This document shows, piece by piece, positions 12,850 through 25,808 of a stretch of 64,000 bases of DNA (position 1 is the stretch's first letter; each line of letters begins with the position of its first letter). This stretch comes from Plasmodiophora brassicae (taxonomy: Eukaryota): positions 372,001 to 436,000 of the forward strand of contig CP145416.1 of the NCBI GenBank assembly GCA_036867785.1, in the 5' to 3' direction. The notes below the pieces were generated by a model, which ran no database searches, was not told the origin of the DNA, and saw only the letters and a program-made list of their open reading frames with translations. The translations under genes were made by a program, and so were the position numbers.

Positions 12850-13388
12850 ATGGGCGACGACGGCAGCGGCGGCGGGTCGTTCCTGCTGCGCGCCATTCGA
12901 AGTACGCGCGTCAAGGCCTGCGCCATGGTCACTGCGTCCAAGGAGAATGCCGACCTGCTCTGCCGCGCCTTCGACGATTCCGTCCGCGCACCGGCCCGCT
13001 CGGCTGCGAACGGTGTGGTATACCCGACAATCTGCACGCTGGTTACTGACCAGCAGGATCCGGTGTAGACGTGAGAGCCCACTGGCGGGACGCGCGTCGC
13101 GCGCAACCTGGAACCATTGTCGGGGCAGCTACTGCCGCTGCAATGATCACCTCGATACCCTGTGAGGATTTGTGGTCGCCCATGGTGCTGTACGTGCACT
13201 TAGAGTTGTCTGTGGAAACAGTCGGGAAATGGGCCTTTATTCGCAACACGATTATGACGGCAGCGTTCACCTTGGCGGTGACGAGCCCTGAATATATCAC
13301 CGACGTCCTTAACGATACGAGACCGCGGACGCGTTCTAAGCGCCGAACGGATGCTTCGAAGACCGAGACAGGGTCAGAAGGCAAATAA
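12850..13388 (+). CDS. Hypothetical protein (two exons, possibly 5'-incomplete)
   Basis: Two ORF segments with globular-looking sequence separated by a gtgtag..ggcag intron-like gap; no recognised motif. Confidence 0.4.
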
Positions 13389-13463
13389 GGGGGGACGCCC
13401 CGCCCTCCGCTAACGATGATACACACACGCACACCGAATCATTGTATTCACCCGCAAAGGCCG

Positions 13464-16400
13464 CTATCGGCCATCGTCCGAATGCATACTAGCATACTGA
13501 TTGCAGCGGCATTCGCATCCGGTAACAGGGCACACCGAATGTGATTTGAACCACTGTGCGGACCGTGAGCGTCGCTTTGGGAATCCGACATCACGATAGG
13601 CATACCTGTTCGAGATGTGCGGCATGGGCGGAATGGAAACACATAACACACCAGGCAAACCATCGATCCACGTTGTGAGCCGTTCCTGGCAATTGCAAGG
13701 CACTGAATTCACCCGACGACCCTGGCTGCCATCGCCGAGGGGTTGGTGTCGCGCAATCCAACGACATTAAGCAGACCGAGCAACGGGGCAACGTCTTCTT
13801 GCAGGACGGACAGCCTGCCGGACACACATGATTTGACCATGTAGGTCGACGAGATCGGGGGCCATGCTACGAACCTTGAACACGAAGTCGTGAAACAGCA
13901 GGACCTGCGGTCGGGACGGACGAGGCACGGTTAGATCTGAAACCAGTCTTAGGAGAGGACAGATCGCAGAGCGCCAGTGATTGATGACAATGGTGACTGT
14001 GCACACGGATCTCAGACGCAAAGCGAAAAGGCAGGCTGAAAACCGCTGCACAACCATGAAGCCACCGCTTGCCCGTCATCAGGCACATGCTTGCTCGAGG
14101 CGTTCAGCTTACTTCTGGCAATGTCGAATAGAGCGCGATAATTCCATAGTCGCCATCGATCAAGCATGTCCCGGTACATCTCAATCCATGATTTGGCGGC
14201 CGTCATTTCTGAATAGCATCGGTCACGAAGGTGACATCCCATGTGAGGCAGATGACATGCCTATTTCCTTTCCGGATTTGGCGACAATGAGCGATCCTAG
14301 CAGAGCAACAGTCTGGATATCGCCAGTCTTATCCAGGTATGTGCGAAGCAGGGGAACGCAGTCAGGAAGCAGTCCGAATAGAAGTACGCCGTCGAGATTG
14401 CCTGCATTAAACGTCAGCACCCAGGAAGGACAGTTGATCAAACACGGTAATATCTAACCACAATCAGATTGCCTCCGTAGCTCATGGCTGACGAAATTAT
14501 TCAAGTCGTCATCGCCCAGAAATCTGCAAGCAAACGAGAGCCTGTCGGCGAAAGACACTGAGGGAAACGGTGTCAGAACCAAATAGGGAACCAGTTGGAT
14601 GGAACCATCATTACCGTCTTCGTCGTGGACGATAGAAGAGAGACCAGACGTCGACCCTTCTCCGCAGAGAAATGCGAACGCGGCTCGCAGGTACCTGATG
14701 AAACGTTATCGATAGTAGGGGCACACAAGGAAGGCACCTTTACGGACGGGTGCTTGATCTGCCCTGAAATTGTCGCAGCGGTTTCAGCCCACAGAGAATG
14801 GCCGGTGCCGCCTTCGTACCCGGAAAGCGCTAGGCATACAAACGACATTTCCGCATGCCCAGGTTCTATGAAGCGTTAGAGGGTCAGCAGACGCGGCGAC
14901 CATCGATACGACAACTTACTCGCGAATCCGCGTCGCAGAGCAAGCAGAGCTCTCTTAAGGTCTAGGTGGAAGACGGCAATTGTAGCCGCAACCTCAAACT
15001 CGCTTCGAGCCTCCCACGACGACACGGTACGGTCGACCGCAGCGCCATCGTGGACGCTGCACCAACCGAGCATCTCGCATGCCTTTAACCGAAAAGAGTT
15101 CTCGAAATACGATACGTTGGCGAAAGGCGACGGGGCCGGGTTTGCCTTTGAACCCACAGCGACACTCTTCGCAACGCAATCCATGACCGACATCGACTGT
15201 CCATCCGGTCGCGACAAGGCATCTGCGCAACGAAAGCGTCAGCGTGCAAGATCACGGATACCAGGTTGGCGTGTAGGACGAACGCGACATCCAGCTCCAT
15301 AGGCGATGCAAGCGTCGGTTCGCAAACGCCTGTCCACTTGCAAACATGCACGCATTATGAGAGCAGTCCAAAGCGTAGTGGGCTTTGGCACGCTCACGAA
15401 TAACTGATGCAATGTCCTAAAAGCGTAACAGAAACATCCCGTGTCAGTAAACGGCACCTGCTACCGATAGAGCACGCTGCACCTTCGGGACAACATCCAG
15501 GACGCCGAACTGTGCGTCCTGAGCGTATCCGAGCTGATCCGTGCACGACAAATCCAGCGCAGGCGTATCGCGCGCGACTTTGCTCTACATGCACAATTGA
15601 TGTTCAGGTTGCTTGCCCGAACGCGGCCGCCACAGCGTACAAATAATCGTCCGTCCGACGTCATCACGAGGAACCGGTTTGGATCTGCCGGGTGAAGGTC
15701 GAATGAAACGACCGGACTCAGATACGATACCTTCAACGTCGGCAACGCCTGCACGCATAAGGGGCATGACCCTCTTGGTAATAAAACGGCGTCGAAGAAT
15801 TGGTACCTTCCAAGTCGTCGACGACTCCCCGGCTGCTACAGCCCGAACTTTCGACGCGATATCATGGATCTGAATCTCGTTTCTGCCACTAAGAAACAGT
15901 CGGTTGGACAGCCGGTTCATACGGATACAGACGCTCTTGTCGCACCTGAACGACATCGCAACGGTACTTGATTTCGTTTGCGACCATTGTAGTTCTTGAA
16001 TAGCGGGAGACATCGACATACTCATTATGAGCGGCCGCCGTCTACTCGTTCGAAAGTCCCATATGTTGACAGCTCCTAGCGGTCAAGAAGGACGTTGTTG
16101 TGCAGGAATCCTATAAAGAGCCTTGTACGCCTACCATCTTCCGAATACGATGCCAACATGTACTCCGAGAACGGGGACAGCGCCAACCCTTGGACAACTT
16201 TCGAATGTGTGCCGATGGCATGGACCGGTTCAACGGGGGTCCTCAGATCATAAAGACGAACCCACTTTTGCCCAGCACCGACTGCGAATCGGAGTAAGTT
16301 CAGCAGCATCTGAACACGCGAGGATAAAGGCATACCTGCCAGGCATTCCGGAAGAGCGGTAAGCCAGGTCGCGCACGTGATTGCTTCCGAATTGGAGAAC

Positions 16401-17108
16401 TTGGTGACCGGTTCGTGAATCGTGCAAACGGACCCAGCGCCGTCATGCGAACGATCCAGCCAGTGGTCATCCTGTGACAAGTCATCCAGGCCCATGACGC
16501 CACCGAGCTGGTTGACGTCGAACAAGAGACCGCAATACGCGTTCCGAACCTAGGTTTGTTAGGGCTCGCCATGTTAGTACCTCCCCACGTTGACCAAACT
16601 ACGAGATCGCAGGAAACCTTTTCCAGCGCACAAACGAACTGAACACGGTTGCGAGGGTTGAATTCGACCGCGTTACATCGTCGCGAGTACTTGGGGACGA
16701 ACTGCTTCACAATGCGATGCCTTGACACTGTGTCGTTCTGCGTATCGGTTTCAGAACAGCGCCGAACCAACGGGGACGAACTCGCTCCGGGACAACCTTG
16801 GCGGACATGTCCAGGAGGACGACCTTGCCACTGGCCAACCCTGACGCCACCATCTCGTCCGGCGCCCACGCCATACACGTCGGCGGCCCGATTGCATTCC
16901 GTTCGAAGCATCTAAGGTGCGGCGTGTCAGGCGACCGGTGCAGCGTGGCATGGATCGCAACGCACCGTTCCCGCGACACGACGTGAAACGACAGCTCCCC
17001 GCGACGGTGCTCAACGGGATCCCCAGCAACGTCGCAGACGCGAATATCGTCGGCAGAGCTGACGGCGAACCGGTCCGGATTGAACGGGTCCCAGCGGACC
17101 CGCGCCAT
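13464..17108 (-). CDS. MIOS: GATOR2 subunit MIOS/Sea4 (WD40 plus C-terminal zinc ribbon/RING)
   Basis: N-terminal WD40 repeats, [90 protein letters not shown]; many introns. Confidence 0.9.
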
Positions 17109-17610
17109 GCGAGCGGCGGCAGTCGTCACGCAGCCGCACGGCACCGGTTGATCCGCAAGTGGCGCCCCGCCCCCGGCCCGACGCCGTCCATAGCGGCACC
17201 CCTGCACTTGCACGCCGTCGAAACGATTCGATTCCCGTAGCGATGGCCTGGCTCTCTCCCTCTCTCTGCGTCTCCCCTGGCAGCCCACATTCAGGTCGTT
17301 CGAGAGCAGGCGCCGACGTTCACCAGCGCATGGCTAATCGTCGAAGTGCACATAGCGCGTGTCGCAGGGGGGAGGGGCACATCTGGGAAACACAATCGTG
17401 GAGTCTCCGGCAGCGTCACCTGGGGTACGTCGTCCACGCGGCCGCGTCGTTCGGTGCGGCATGAGGCGCGGTTGTGTGGGGATGCCGGACCACGCTGGGC
17501 GGTGCAAATTTGGCTCCGCTGCCGGTACGGCTGCATCATCTCGTTCGTTCGGGGCGGCGGCGGCGAGCGGGCCGTCGAGCGGCAGCGACGCCATGGCGGT
17601 CCGGGCGCCG

Positions 17611-18582
17611 ATGCGGTCTGCGATCGTCGTTGCGGTGCTTGTCGTGGCATGCATGGTCGATCCCGGGCTGGCCATGATGGGACGCCGACGGTCGGTGTCC
17701 TGGGGGAACAGGGTATGTGGCGTCTCTGGGGGCGGTCATCGCGATTCCGCCCGACCTGACCGTTTGCGCTGTCAGGAGGTGAACACGTTCGATCATGAGA
17801 AGTCGCCGAAAGCGGTCAGCAGCCCCCTGGTGACCTGGCACCACTACCATGAGCCTGTCAGCGCAAACGTGCTGTCGTGGCATACGCCGGTGGCGCTGGA
17901 CGCGATCTCGTTCGTCAGCGAGCGTCTGATGGGATTGGTTCACGTCGTGAACATCCACTGGAAGAAAAACGTCATCCTGTACTACACGTTCGACAACTGG
18001 GACACGAAGCTCAGCGTCCGGTCCCGCTGGCAGAAGCAGTATTTCGACTATCTCGGCCGGAGAACGATCGACATATTCCGTTTTGACGTCGACCTAATGG
18101 ACACGTTCCTGGAGACGGACCGTCGCAAGCTCGAGATGAAGATGTACGTCGAATACGGGCTACCCGACCTTGGTCACGTCTACTTCGACAACAACCACGG
18201 CCACGACTACCTCGTCGTGTTCGAGGCCTGTGATATTCGGGAGATCACGTCTGACCCAATCGACGATACGGATACGTACGCCGGCGACAGGTCTCGGTCG
18301 CCATCCCCGATCGCCTCCGCCGGGCAGTCGGCCGCGCTCGCCGTCGATCCCTCCCACCCGCCGCCACGCTCGTTCCGCCTCGTGAACCCTCACCCGCCGT
18401 TCACACTGCACAGCCCGACCGAGGAAGAGTTCAAGCTCGAACCTGCCGGCTCGATCCTGGACTCGTCGCCGCCGGCCTCCACGCTGCAAATGTCGCCCAC
18501 CATGTACCGCCTCGCGACATCGCGCGCCAGGCCACGCCCAGCGGCAACGCCCGACTCACCGACGAACGACACCGCCCAGTAA
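17611..18582 (+). CDS. Signal-peptide protein with RVxF-type PP1 motif and CBM21 domain
   Basis: Hydrophobic N-terminus MRSAIVVAVLVVACMVDPGLA, then RRSVSW. CBM21 motifs GLVHVVNIHWKKNVILYYTFDNWDT, DIFRFDV and YFDNNHGHDY; Pro/Ser-rich tail; intron 17713-17775. Confidence 0.8.
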   Translation: MRSAIVVAVLVVACMVDPGLAMMGRRRSVSWGNRVCGVSGGGHRDSARPDRLRCQEVNTFDHEKSPKAVSSPLVTWHHYHEPVSANVLSWHTPVALDAISFVSERLMGLVHVVNIHWKKNVILYYTFDNWDTKLSVRSRWQKQYFDYLGRRTIDIFRFDVDLMDTFLETDRRKLEMKMYVEYGLPDLGHVYFDNNHGHDYLVVFEACDIREITSDPIDDTDTYAGDRSRSPSPIASAGQSAALAVDPSHPPPRSFRLVNPHPPFTLHSPTEEEFKLEPAGSILDSSPPASTLQMSPTMYRLATSRARPRPAATPDSPTNDTAQ

Positions 18583-18802
18583 CCGCACGCCGTCTCAATA
18601 CAGCCGCGATCGCATACACCAGGCCTGAGGCCACACTGCCCGGTCGATTCGGCGTTTAGGTTCTGTATGGGGTCACTGGTCAGTCTGGGTCAGCGCCCAA
18701 ATCGGGCGATGAGTCCGATGTGTCCCAGTTTCCGTGTCACGGCTGACGCCGGCGTTTGCGCAACGGTGTTTGCGGAGGGCCCGCACGTGATCGGCAGCAG
18801 CA

Positions 18803-21800
18803 ATGAGCGGAACGGTGCCGGCCGTCCTGCAGGCGGTCAACACGCTGTACTACGACCCGGACCCGGCCAAGAAGAAGCAGGCGGACCACGCGCTGAAGGA
18901 GTTCCAGAGGACGCGCGACGCCTGGCAGGTTGGGCAACGCGCTACAGGGGACGTGATGCCGATGTGCTGAGATGCGTCGTTGCGCGTAGGCGGCACACGA
19001 CATACTGGGTGCCGCGTCAGCGCCGACCGAGGCGCTCTGGTTCGCAGCGAGTACGCTGTACGCCAAAGTGTCGTCGTCGTATGGCGATCTGTCGCCGGCG
19101 GATCGCGTCCCGTTCCGCGATGCCGTCCTTCAGCATCTGTCGAAACATATCAAGGGCGTCGAGATCGTCCTGACCCAGCTGTCCCTGACTATTGCGGCCC
19201 TGGCCGTCCACATGCAGGAATGGCAGCAGCCTGTCCAGCAACTCGTTGGCCTGCTCGGTAACCGTGTGCAATCTGCCAGAAACGCGGCCGAACCTGACCA
19301 CGATATCCTGTACAGACGAAGGACGCGGCGACACGGCTGTGGCATTACTGCACATCCTGACGGTTCTCCCCGAAGAATGCGAAAGCGTGGAGAGGCGTGC
19401 CCGGCAGAGCGCGTCCGGCACCAGGGCGTCCTCGCTCTGTACATCGGTAGCGGTGCAAGTGCTTCCGCTTCTCGCAGGTGATGCTGCAATCGTGTCTCCA
19501 TGGTGCTGTCTGCCTCTGAACGGTCTACGTAGACTTCCTGCGACGAGCTCCGAACGTCAAGATCCAGCGCATGGTGCTGAGAGCATTGCTGTCCTGGGTT
19601 CGCTGCTCGTTCTCGGCGGTACCAGAATCCGCGATCCTGTCGTCGACTATCCTGGGCGACACCTTCCAGGCCGTATCGGTCCCCGATCTGGACGGCGTTG
19701 CATGCGACGTCATATCGGCGTTCATCGTGTTCGCTGACCAGTACAATCTGCCGAACCTGAACCGGTGGCTGGTCAGCGCCGTGTTCCAGCTGTGGCCGCA
19801 GTATGCCGCGCTGGTCGGCGACGACAACCGCGATACGTGCAGGAACCTTCTGCAGGTGTTCATGCAGATGGCCGAGTCGAACATCGGAACCGTCGTGGAT
19901 GAGCTGCCCCAAGGTCGACCCATTCTTCAGCTCGTCGTGAATTGCACTGCGAACCCCGACCCTGAGCTCTCCATCCTCACGTTCTCGTTCTGGTACATCC
20001 TGGCTGGAAACATGGACGCGCTGAGGAAAGGCGATAGTCAGCGTGCCGCGCGGATTGCAACGTCCTACCGGGCGGAATTCTTGAACGCGATCGATAACAT
20101 CCGAAAGATCATCGAGTATCCCGCTGATCAGGATGACGTCGGGGAGCCTGACGACGAATCGAAACGGTTCCGGTATGCAGCGGCGGACGCTCTTCTCGAT
20201 ATATCGTCGTTCTTCGACAGCTCCGCCTGCCTGGAGCACCTCGTCGAGAAGATGGAGTCGTGCATGGTCGAGTACCGGCAGAACCCGAGGCGCTGGCAGC
20301 CGCTCGAGGCATGCATGTACAGCATCAGGTCGATCGCGCGTAACGTCTCCATGGAAGGTCCTGGGCAAAGCGGCGCTCCCGGCGTCCTCGCCCGGATCAT
20401 GGCCGACCTACTGTCAATGACGTCCCATCCCCAGCTGCGCTACACGGCGACCATGATCATTGGCAGGTAAAGCGTGTTCGTGTCGCACAACGTGTTTATC
20501 GACCGTCGACTGATGCGTCCGGCGCCTGGCCAGGTACTCTGATTGGATAGCAGCAAATCCGGCAACCATTGATCCACTTCTGCGATTCGTGGTCGAGGGT
20601 CTGTCTGTAACCGGGTCGCAGGCTGCTGCTGCAATGGCGTTCAAGTTTGTGTGCGGGTCCTGTGCTGACCATCTCGCTCGGCATTCAACCGCCGCTGTCA
20701 TGCAGGTACCGAGGGCGTACTACTGCTGTGCGGCGTCGTATCGATTCACGTGCCCCGTTAGGTGTACTGCTCGATGGGCCACCTTGATATTGACGACCAG
20801 AGCGAGATCATTGAAGGCGTCTGTTCCGTCATCTGTGCCTGCCCTCAGGAATCCATCGCGGAATACTTTCGACAACTGCTTAATCCAGTGCTGAACGCGC
20901 TGTCTGTCGTTGCGCAGGCTGGCCGGGTGTCGTCGGGCTCTGTGGATCTCGGGTCGCTCGCGATCAACCTGGACCGCCTCGCTCACCTATTCCGCTCCGT
21001 CAATCCAGACTCGTGCCCGCAGCTCTGCGACATCGTCGCCAGCATGTGGCCCCTGTTGCAAGAACTGTTCAGGCAGTACTCCAGCGACGAGAAGACGATG
21101 GAGAAAGTGTGCCGCGTCCTCAAGTACTGCCTGCGGGCCACTCGCACCGAATGCCCCGTCCTCGTCGACCTGATCACCACCGTCACCCAGTTGTACCAGT
21201 CGACGCCCTGGTCGTGCTTCGTCTACATTGTCAACATCGGCGTCGAGCAATTCGATCACGTGCAGACCCGGCAAGACCTGTTCGCTCAGGCCGTCGCTCT
21301 GATCGGCACCAAGTCCTTGTCGATCCTGTCGTCGGCCGAACGAATCACCGACAACCCGGGCATCTGCGAAGACTACTTCAATCTGCTGTCCCGCTGCCTG
21401 AAGTCGCTACCGTCGGTCGTCACTGCGAGCGGCCTGCTTCAGCCGTCGTTGAGATGTGCCTCGCTCGCCATTCGCGTCCAGCATCGAGAAGCGGCGCGCG
21501 CCGTATTCGCGTTCCTGTGCAACTTCTTTGAGATTGGTACGAAGCAGGCGGAATTCAGAAGGTGACTTGAGGACCGCCCATGTTCGTCAGCGCACCCGTT
21601 TGATACTTTGGCGCAGCGGCATTGCATCGATCGTCGAGCAAGAAGGCGCCTCCTTGTTCCAGGCCCTGATATCTCACCTGCTGGAGGACCTGTCGAAGAA
21701 CCGCCTGCTGGACCTCGCTAGGGTCATCCGGCTAGCGATATCTTTCGATCGGAACGTCGCAGGACGTTTCCTACATCACGCGCTCGAATGGTACATTGTG

Positions 21801-21983
21801 CAGCAACGACTGACCTTCCTTTGTGACCTGTTCGTTGACAACGTCGTGAACAGCCTACCGGCATCCGTGCCAGGACGCGCCGAGTTCGAGGCGAACCTAT
21901 TGTCGGCCATGCATCCGGAGGCGCAACGGGACGCCGTTCTCAGGTTCGAGAACGAGTACCATGCCAGCTTGTCATTGCTCTAG
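18803..21983 (+). CDS. TNPO3: Transportin-3/Transportin-SR (importin-beta family)
   Basis: VLQAVNTLYYDPDPAKKKQADHALKEFQRTRDAWQ, VLTQLSLTIAALA, LHILTVLPEE, WQPLEACMY, HPQLRYT..IGRYSDWI; multi-exon. Confidence 0.88.
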
Positions 21984-22122
21984 CAGATGTATCTACATAG
22001 GCAGGAAGTCTCTAATACAACGTCACCATCGACCGGAACCTGTCGCGCCGAGCGGATAGGACAGGCGTCGCCGAAGAACGCGCACAGAACGGGAGGAGTG
22101 TATATAATCACGACACGCTATG

Positions 22123-22704
22123 CTAACGAGACGTTTGTGCGGTCAGCTTCGACGTCGCCGCTCTCGCCGACGCTGATGCCACCCGGATGTCTGACAGCGT
22201 GTGCCGACGTAACGTGGAGCGGCGATCTTCGAGCAGTTTCGGCAGGTCCAGCGACTCCATGCCCCGCAGCCATTGCAAACGTTCCGCCTCGCTGATCGGC
22301 TCGATCCTTTGCGACGACGATGGCGACCAGCCAAGTTGCCGTAGGAATGCCTCCTCTTCGAGGGACGACCCGTTCTGCGGACAGGATGGCGGCGGAGGCG
22401 CAGGGGACGGGCTTCTCTCCTCAGCCATGGGCACCTCGAATGTCTTGTCTCTAACCGGGTGCCGTCGGGGACTACCCGGCGGTGATGTCGCGGCCCGATC
22501 CCGCGTCGCCGCTTCCCTCTCCAAGTGACCGCTCTCATCGATCGGTGTCGAGCACCCGATCGCGATCGCGACGAACACGCACGACACGACGAGCAATATC
22601 CAGGCGGCCGCCGACATCAGCCCCGACAGCAACGACAGCATGATCGTCTCGGACATGCGGGCGGCGTTCTTCGCAACAGATCCACCAATGATAGCCAGCT
22701 GCAT
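22123..22704 (-). CDS. Hypothetical protein with an N-terminal TM helix and Pro/Ser-rich region
   Basis: Open frame with a hydrophobic segment (LLSGLMSAAAWILLVVSCVFVAIAIG) and the motif SLEEEAFLRQLGW..PISEAE; start uncertain. Confidence 0.5.
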   Translation of the reverse strand: MQLAIIGGSVAKNAARMSETIMLSLLSGLMSAAAWILLVVSCVFVAIAIGCSTPIDESGHLEREAATRDRAATSPPGSPRRHPVRDKTFEVPMAEERSPSPAPPPPSCPQNGSSLEEEAFLRQLGWSPSSSQRIEPISEAERLQWLRGMESLDLPKLLEDRRSTLRRHTLSDIRVASASARAATSKLTAQTSR

Positions 22705-22865
22705 AAAAATGGCCCGCCACGGACTCCGCGTGAAGTTTCCCACACTGCGCCTATTTCGGGATTCACGAATCGCGCTCCGTGTCTGCCCCTCCTGTGCGAC
22801 CTGAAGCAATCGGCCGCGTCATTCCGCGCGCGAGCGCGCGCATTTCCTGTATCCTGCGCCCATAT

Positions 22866-23576
22866 TCACATGACCGCTGGGGAACCGTCCGTGCAGATCA
22901 TGTCATCGCGGAACCCCTTGTGGACGACGTTGATGTCGAGCTGGACGGTGCCGGTGGAGACGGTCCGTTCTCGCCATCGTTCGGCGCCGTCCATCACGAC
23001 GGTCTTGTCGGCGTACTGAGGGTACCCGCCGACAAATTTGGCGGACAGGTCGTCGGTCAACGATCCCCGTGGCCGGAACGTCGCGATGGTCAGCGTGGTT
23101 CTGCCGAGGCGTGCTGGAAGATAGCAGAACCCGTACCCAGCTGCGGATTCGCTCAGACACCAACGCATCCCTGTCTCGGCGCCGACGTACCGAAATCAAT
23201 TCGGTCGTCATCGTCGAGGAAGAACAGTTCGATGAAGAATTTGGGCCAACCAAGGAGGCCGGTGCACGAGAAGCAGACGTCGACGGGATGGTTCCAGCAC
23301 GCATACGTCGTATTCTGCAAGCGACCAGTATCATGTGCTGTCGTGCAGGACGTTCGCACATGCCCACCTCATCGGGGATGGAACTGAACGTGCGGCCACG
23401 AACGGACCCGCGAATGACCTTCCATTGTGCGTTGTCGCTCTCGATGGCGAACTTCCCGAAGACCGCCTTCCCCTTAAACCCCGATGCACCGACGATGCTC
23501 CCAATGAAGTGGACTGCAGGAGCATCCCGTCAGGCCACGAACAGGCGGAATCGCCCCTCCACTGACCTTCGGGCAT
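22866..23576 (-). CDS. B9D2: B9 domain ciliary transition-zone protein B9D2
   Basis: Spliced MPEVHFIGSIVGASG, WNHPVDV..GLLGWPK, AGYGFCYLP, FVGGYPQY, TVSTGTVQLDINVVHKGF. Confidence 0.9.
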
Positions 23577-23742
23577 CGTTGCCCGTTGTCACGGTCTGAG
23601 GCCGCACCGCTTCCGGGTGGGCTGTTGAAGGCTGCGCCCTCCCCAGCTGCTAATTGGTTATTATCCCACAGCCATACGATTCGGCGCTTGGAATGTACCG
23701 CGCCCGTTTGAATCTTCGGCCGACAGCATACGCGTATGTTGC

Positions 23743-23923
23743 GATGTCGTGGTCACAGAGAATGTCGAGCCTGGAGGTCGCCGTCATGGTGCTCTGGTTC
23801 CTGTTCGTCGGCTGCCTGACCCTGCTCGGATGCTGCTTCTTCCTCGTCGAACGCCTCCGGGGCGCCCACAACGTCCACCTGCTCGAGGTCCCGGACGACA
23901 CCCAGCACCCAGCCCAGTTATAA
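23743..23923 (+). CDS. Small single-pass membrane protein (hypothetical)
   Basis: Short ORF with a strong hydrophobic helix VAVMVLWFLFVGCLTLLGCCFFLV and coding-like GC3. Confidence 0.35.
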
Positions 23924-24081
23924 CAACCTACTTCCCCGACGGCCCCGTCACCCAATTACAACCCCCAGTTGGCACCAAACGGAATCACCACCGGCGCTCT
24001 GGACAGAGCTAAGAATAGCATTTGCGGATCTGCGCAGCGCCTGCGGCCATCGCGGCCAGCAGCCGTACGAAGTAGGGACGG

Positions 24082-25693
24082 ATGTGCAGCGGCGATCCGG
24101 TCCCTGGTGGCGCGCAGCACGCTCACGCCGAGTCGGGGTCGTCGCCCGCCCGGAAGCGGCGTCGTGAATGCCCGCACCTGGTTCGCGGCATGCATGTGAA
24201 TAACGTGCAGCCGGGCGGGAACGCGTTCGCGTTTGCCGGCGGGCAGCAGCGCCGTCTGGCCGGCCTGGGGCAGCTGAGCGTCCTGACGGACGAGCTGCTG
24301 CTGGACGTCTGGCGGTTCCTGTCCATGGAATCGGTGGCGCGCCTCTCCTGCCTGTCATACTTTGCGTATGCCCTCAGCGAGCACGACGATTTGTGGCGAA
24401 CGCTCGTGCTGCGCGAGGCGCCTGCACACCTCGACTTTGACTCGTCATGGAAGTACGTTAGCGGATTCCACCGGCATCGTCCATTTCCGTTCTGAACCAG
24501 CCGTACGTAGGCAGACCTACGTGACGTCCACGGGATGCACTGTTCGTCTCGTGCCACTGAAACTGACCGGCGTCTTCTCTGACGCATTGTTCCAACCCTG
24601 GTAGGGCCTCCCTGTGCCACACTCCATCGCACTGGTTGCTGATTCAGTTGACGTAGGCTGAATGCGACTCGTGACATATCGTCGCGATGGTTGTTGAATT
24701 CAACGATCGATCGGCGATCTGCCGATGACCTGTCCGTTGACGAGTTCATCGGCAAGTACGAACGGCCGAACGTTCCCGTTGTCATCACCGACGTTGTCAA
24801 CCGCTGGCCGGCGTTCACGAAGTGGACGCCCGAGTACCTGTCGGACACGTTCGCCGACACGCCCGTGAACGTCCAAGTCATCGACATGACGATGCGGTCG
24901 TTCTGGACGTACGCGGCGCAGTCGACGGACGAGACGCCATTGTACATGTTCGAGAAGGCGTTCGCCGACAAGGCGCCGTCCCTGGCCGACGACTTCGCCG
25001 TGCCCATCTACTTCCGTGACGACCTGTTCGAGCTTCTTGGTGCCGACCGTCCCGACCACCGGTGGATGGTGGCCGGCCCAGAACGGTACACCCGTCGGGC
25101 GGACGCTGCGTTCGAATGCTAATCTGGACGGCAGGTCGGGGTCCACGTTCCATCAGGATCCAAACTCGACGTCGGCGTGGAACGCGGTGATCACCGGGCG
25201 AAAGAAATGGATCATGTACCCGAAGGAATGCGTTCCGCCCGGCGTGTGCCCTTCCGAGGACGGTGCCGAGGTCGTTACGCCGTTGTCGCTCATGGAATGG
25301 TTCTCGACGTTCTACATGGAGACGCAACAGCCTGGGGCACCCCAGCCGCTCGAGGTGATCGTGGAGCCCGGCGAGGTGATCTTCGTCCCCAACGGATGGT
25401 GGCACTGTGTCCTGAACCTGGAGCCGTCGATCGCCATCACCCAGAACTTCGTGTCACCCAGGAACCTCCTCAACGTCCTCCGGTTCGCCAACGACAACCC
25501 CGACCTGGTGTCTGGATACCGAGGTGACACGCCGCTCGGACAACGCCTGGCCGATGAGGTCAACCGAACCCATCCGGGGCTGATCGACCAGCTTCGGAGC
25601 CAGGACCAATCGGCACGGAAGCGCCCTGCCTCGGTCTGGGCAGCGTGCACTGCAGGCGTCGACACGGCACCGTTCGCGTTCTGCTTCGAATAA
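24082..25693 (+). CDS. F-box + JmjC protein (JMJD6/JMJ22-like)
   Basis: F-box LSVLTDELLLDVWRFL..DDLWR; JmjC RPDHRWMVAGPERSGSTFHQDPN..AWNAVITGRKKW and FVPNGWWHCVLNLE. Confidence 0.9.
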
Positions 25694-25808
25694 ACAGTAG
25701 ACCATCGTCATTAAGTGTGATAAACGAAAAGAGAAAGGAAACCTTTATCGAAGAGAGAGGGAATGCTGAATGCACAGAGTGTACATGATGTTGTCAACGC
25801 AGGACACC

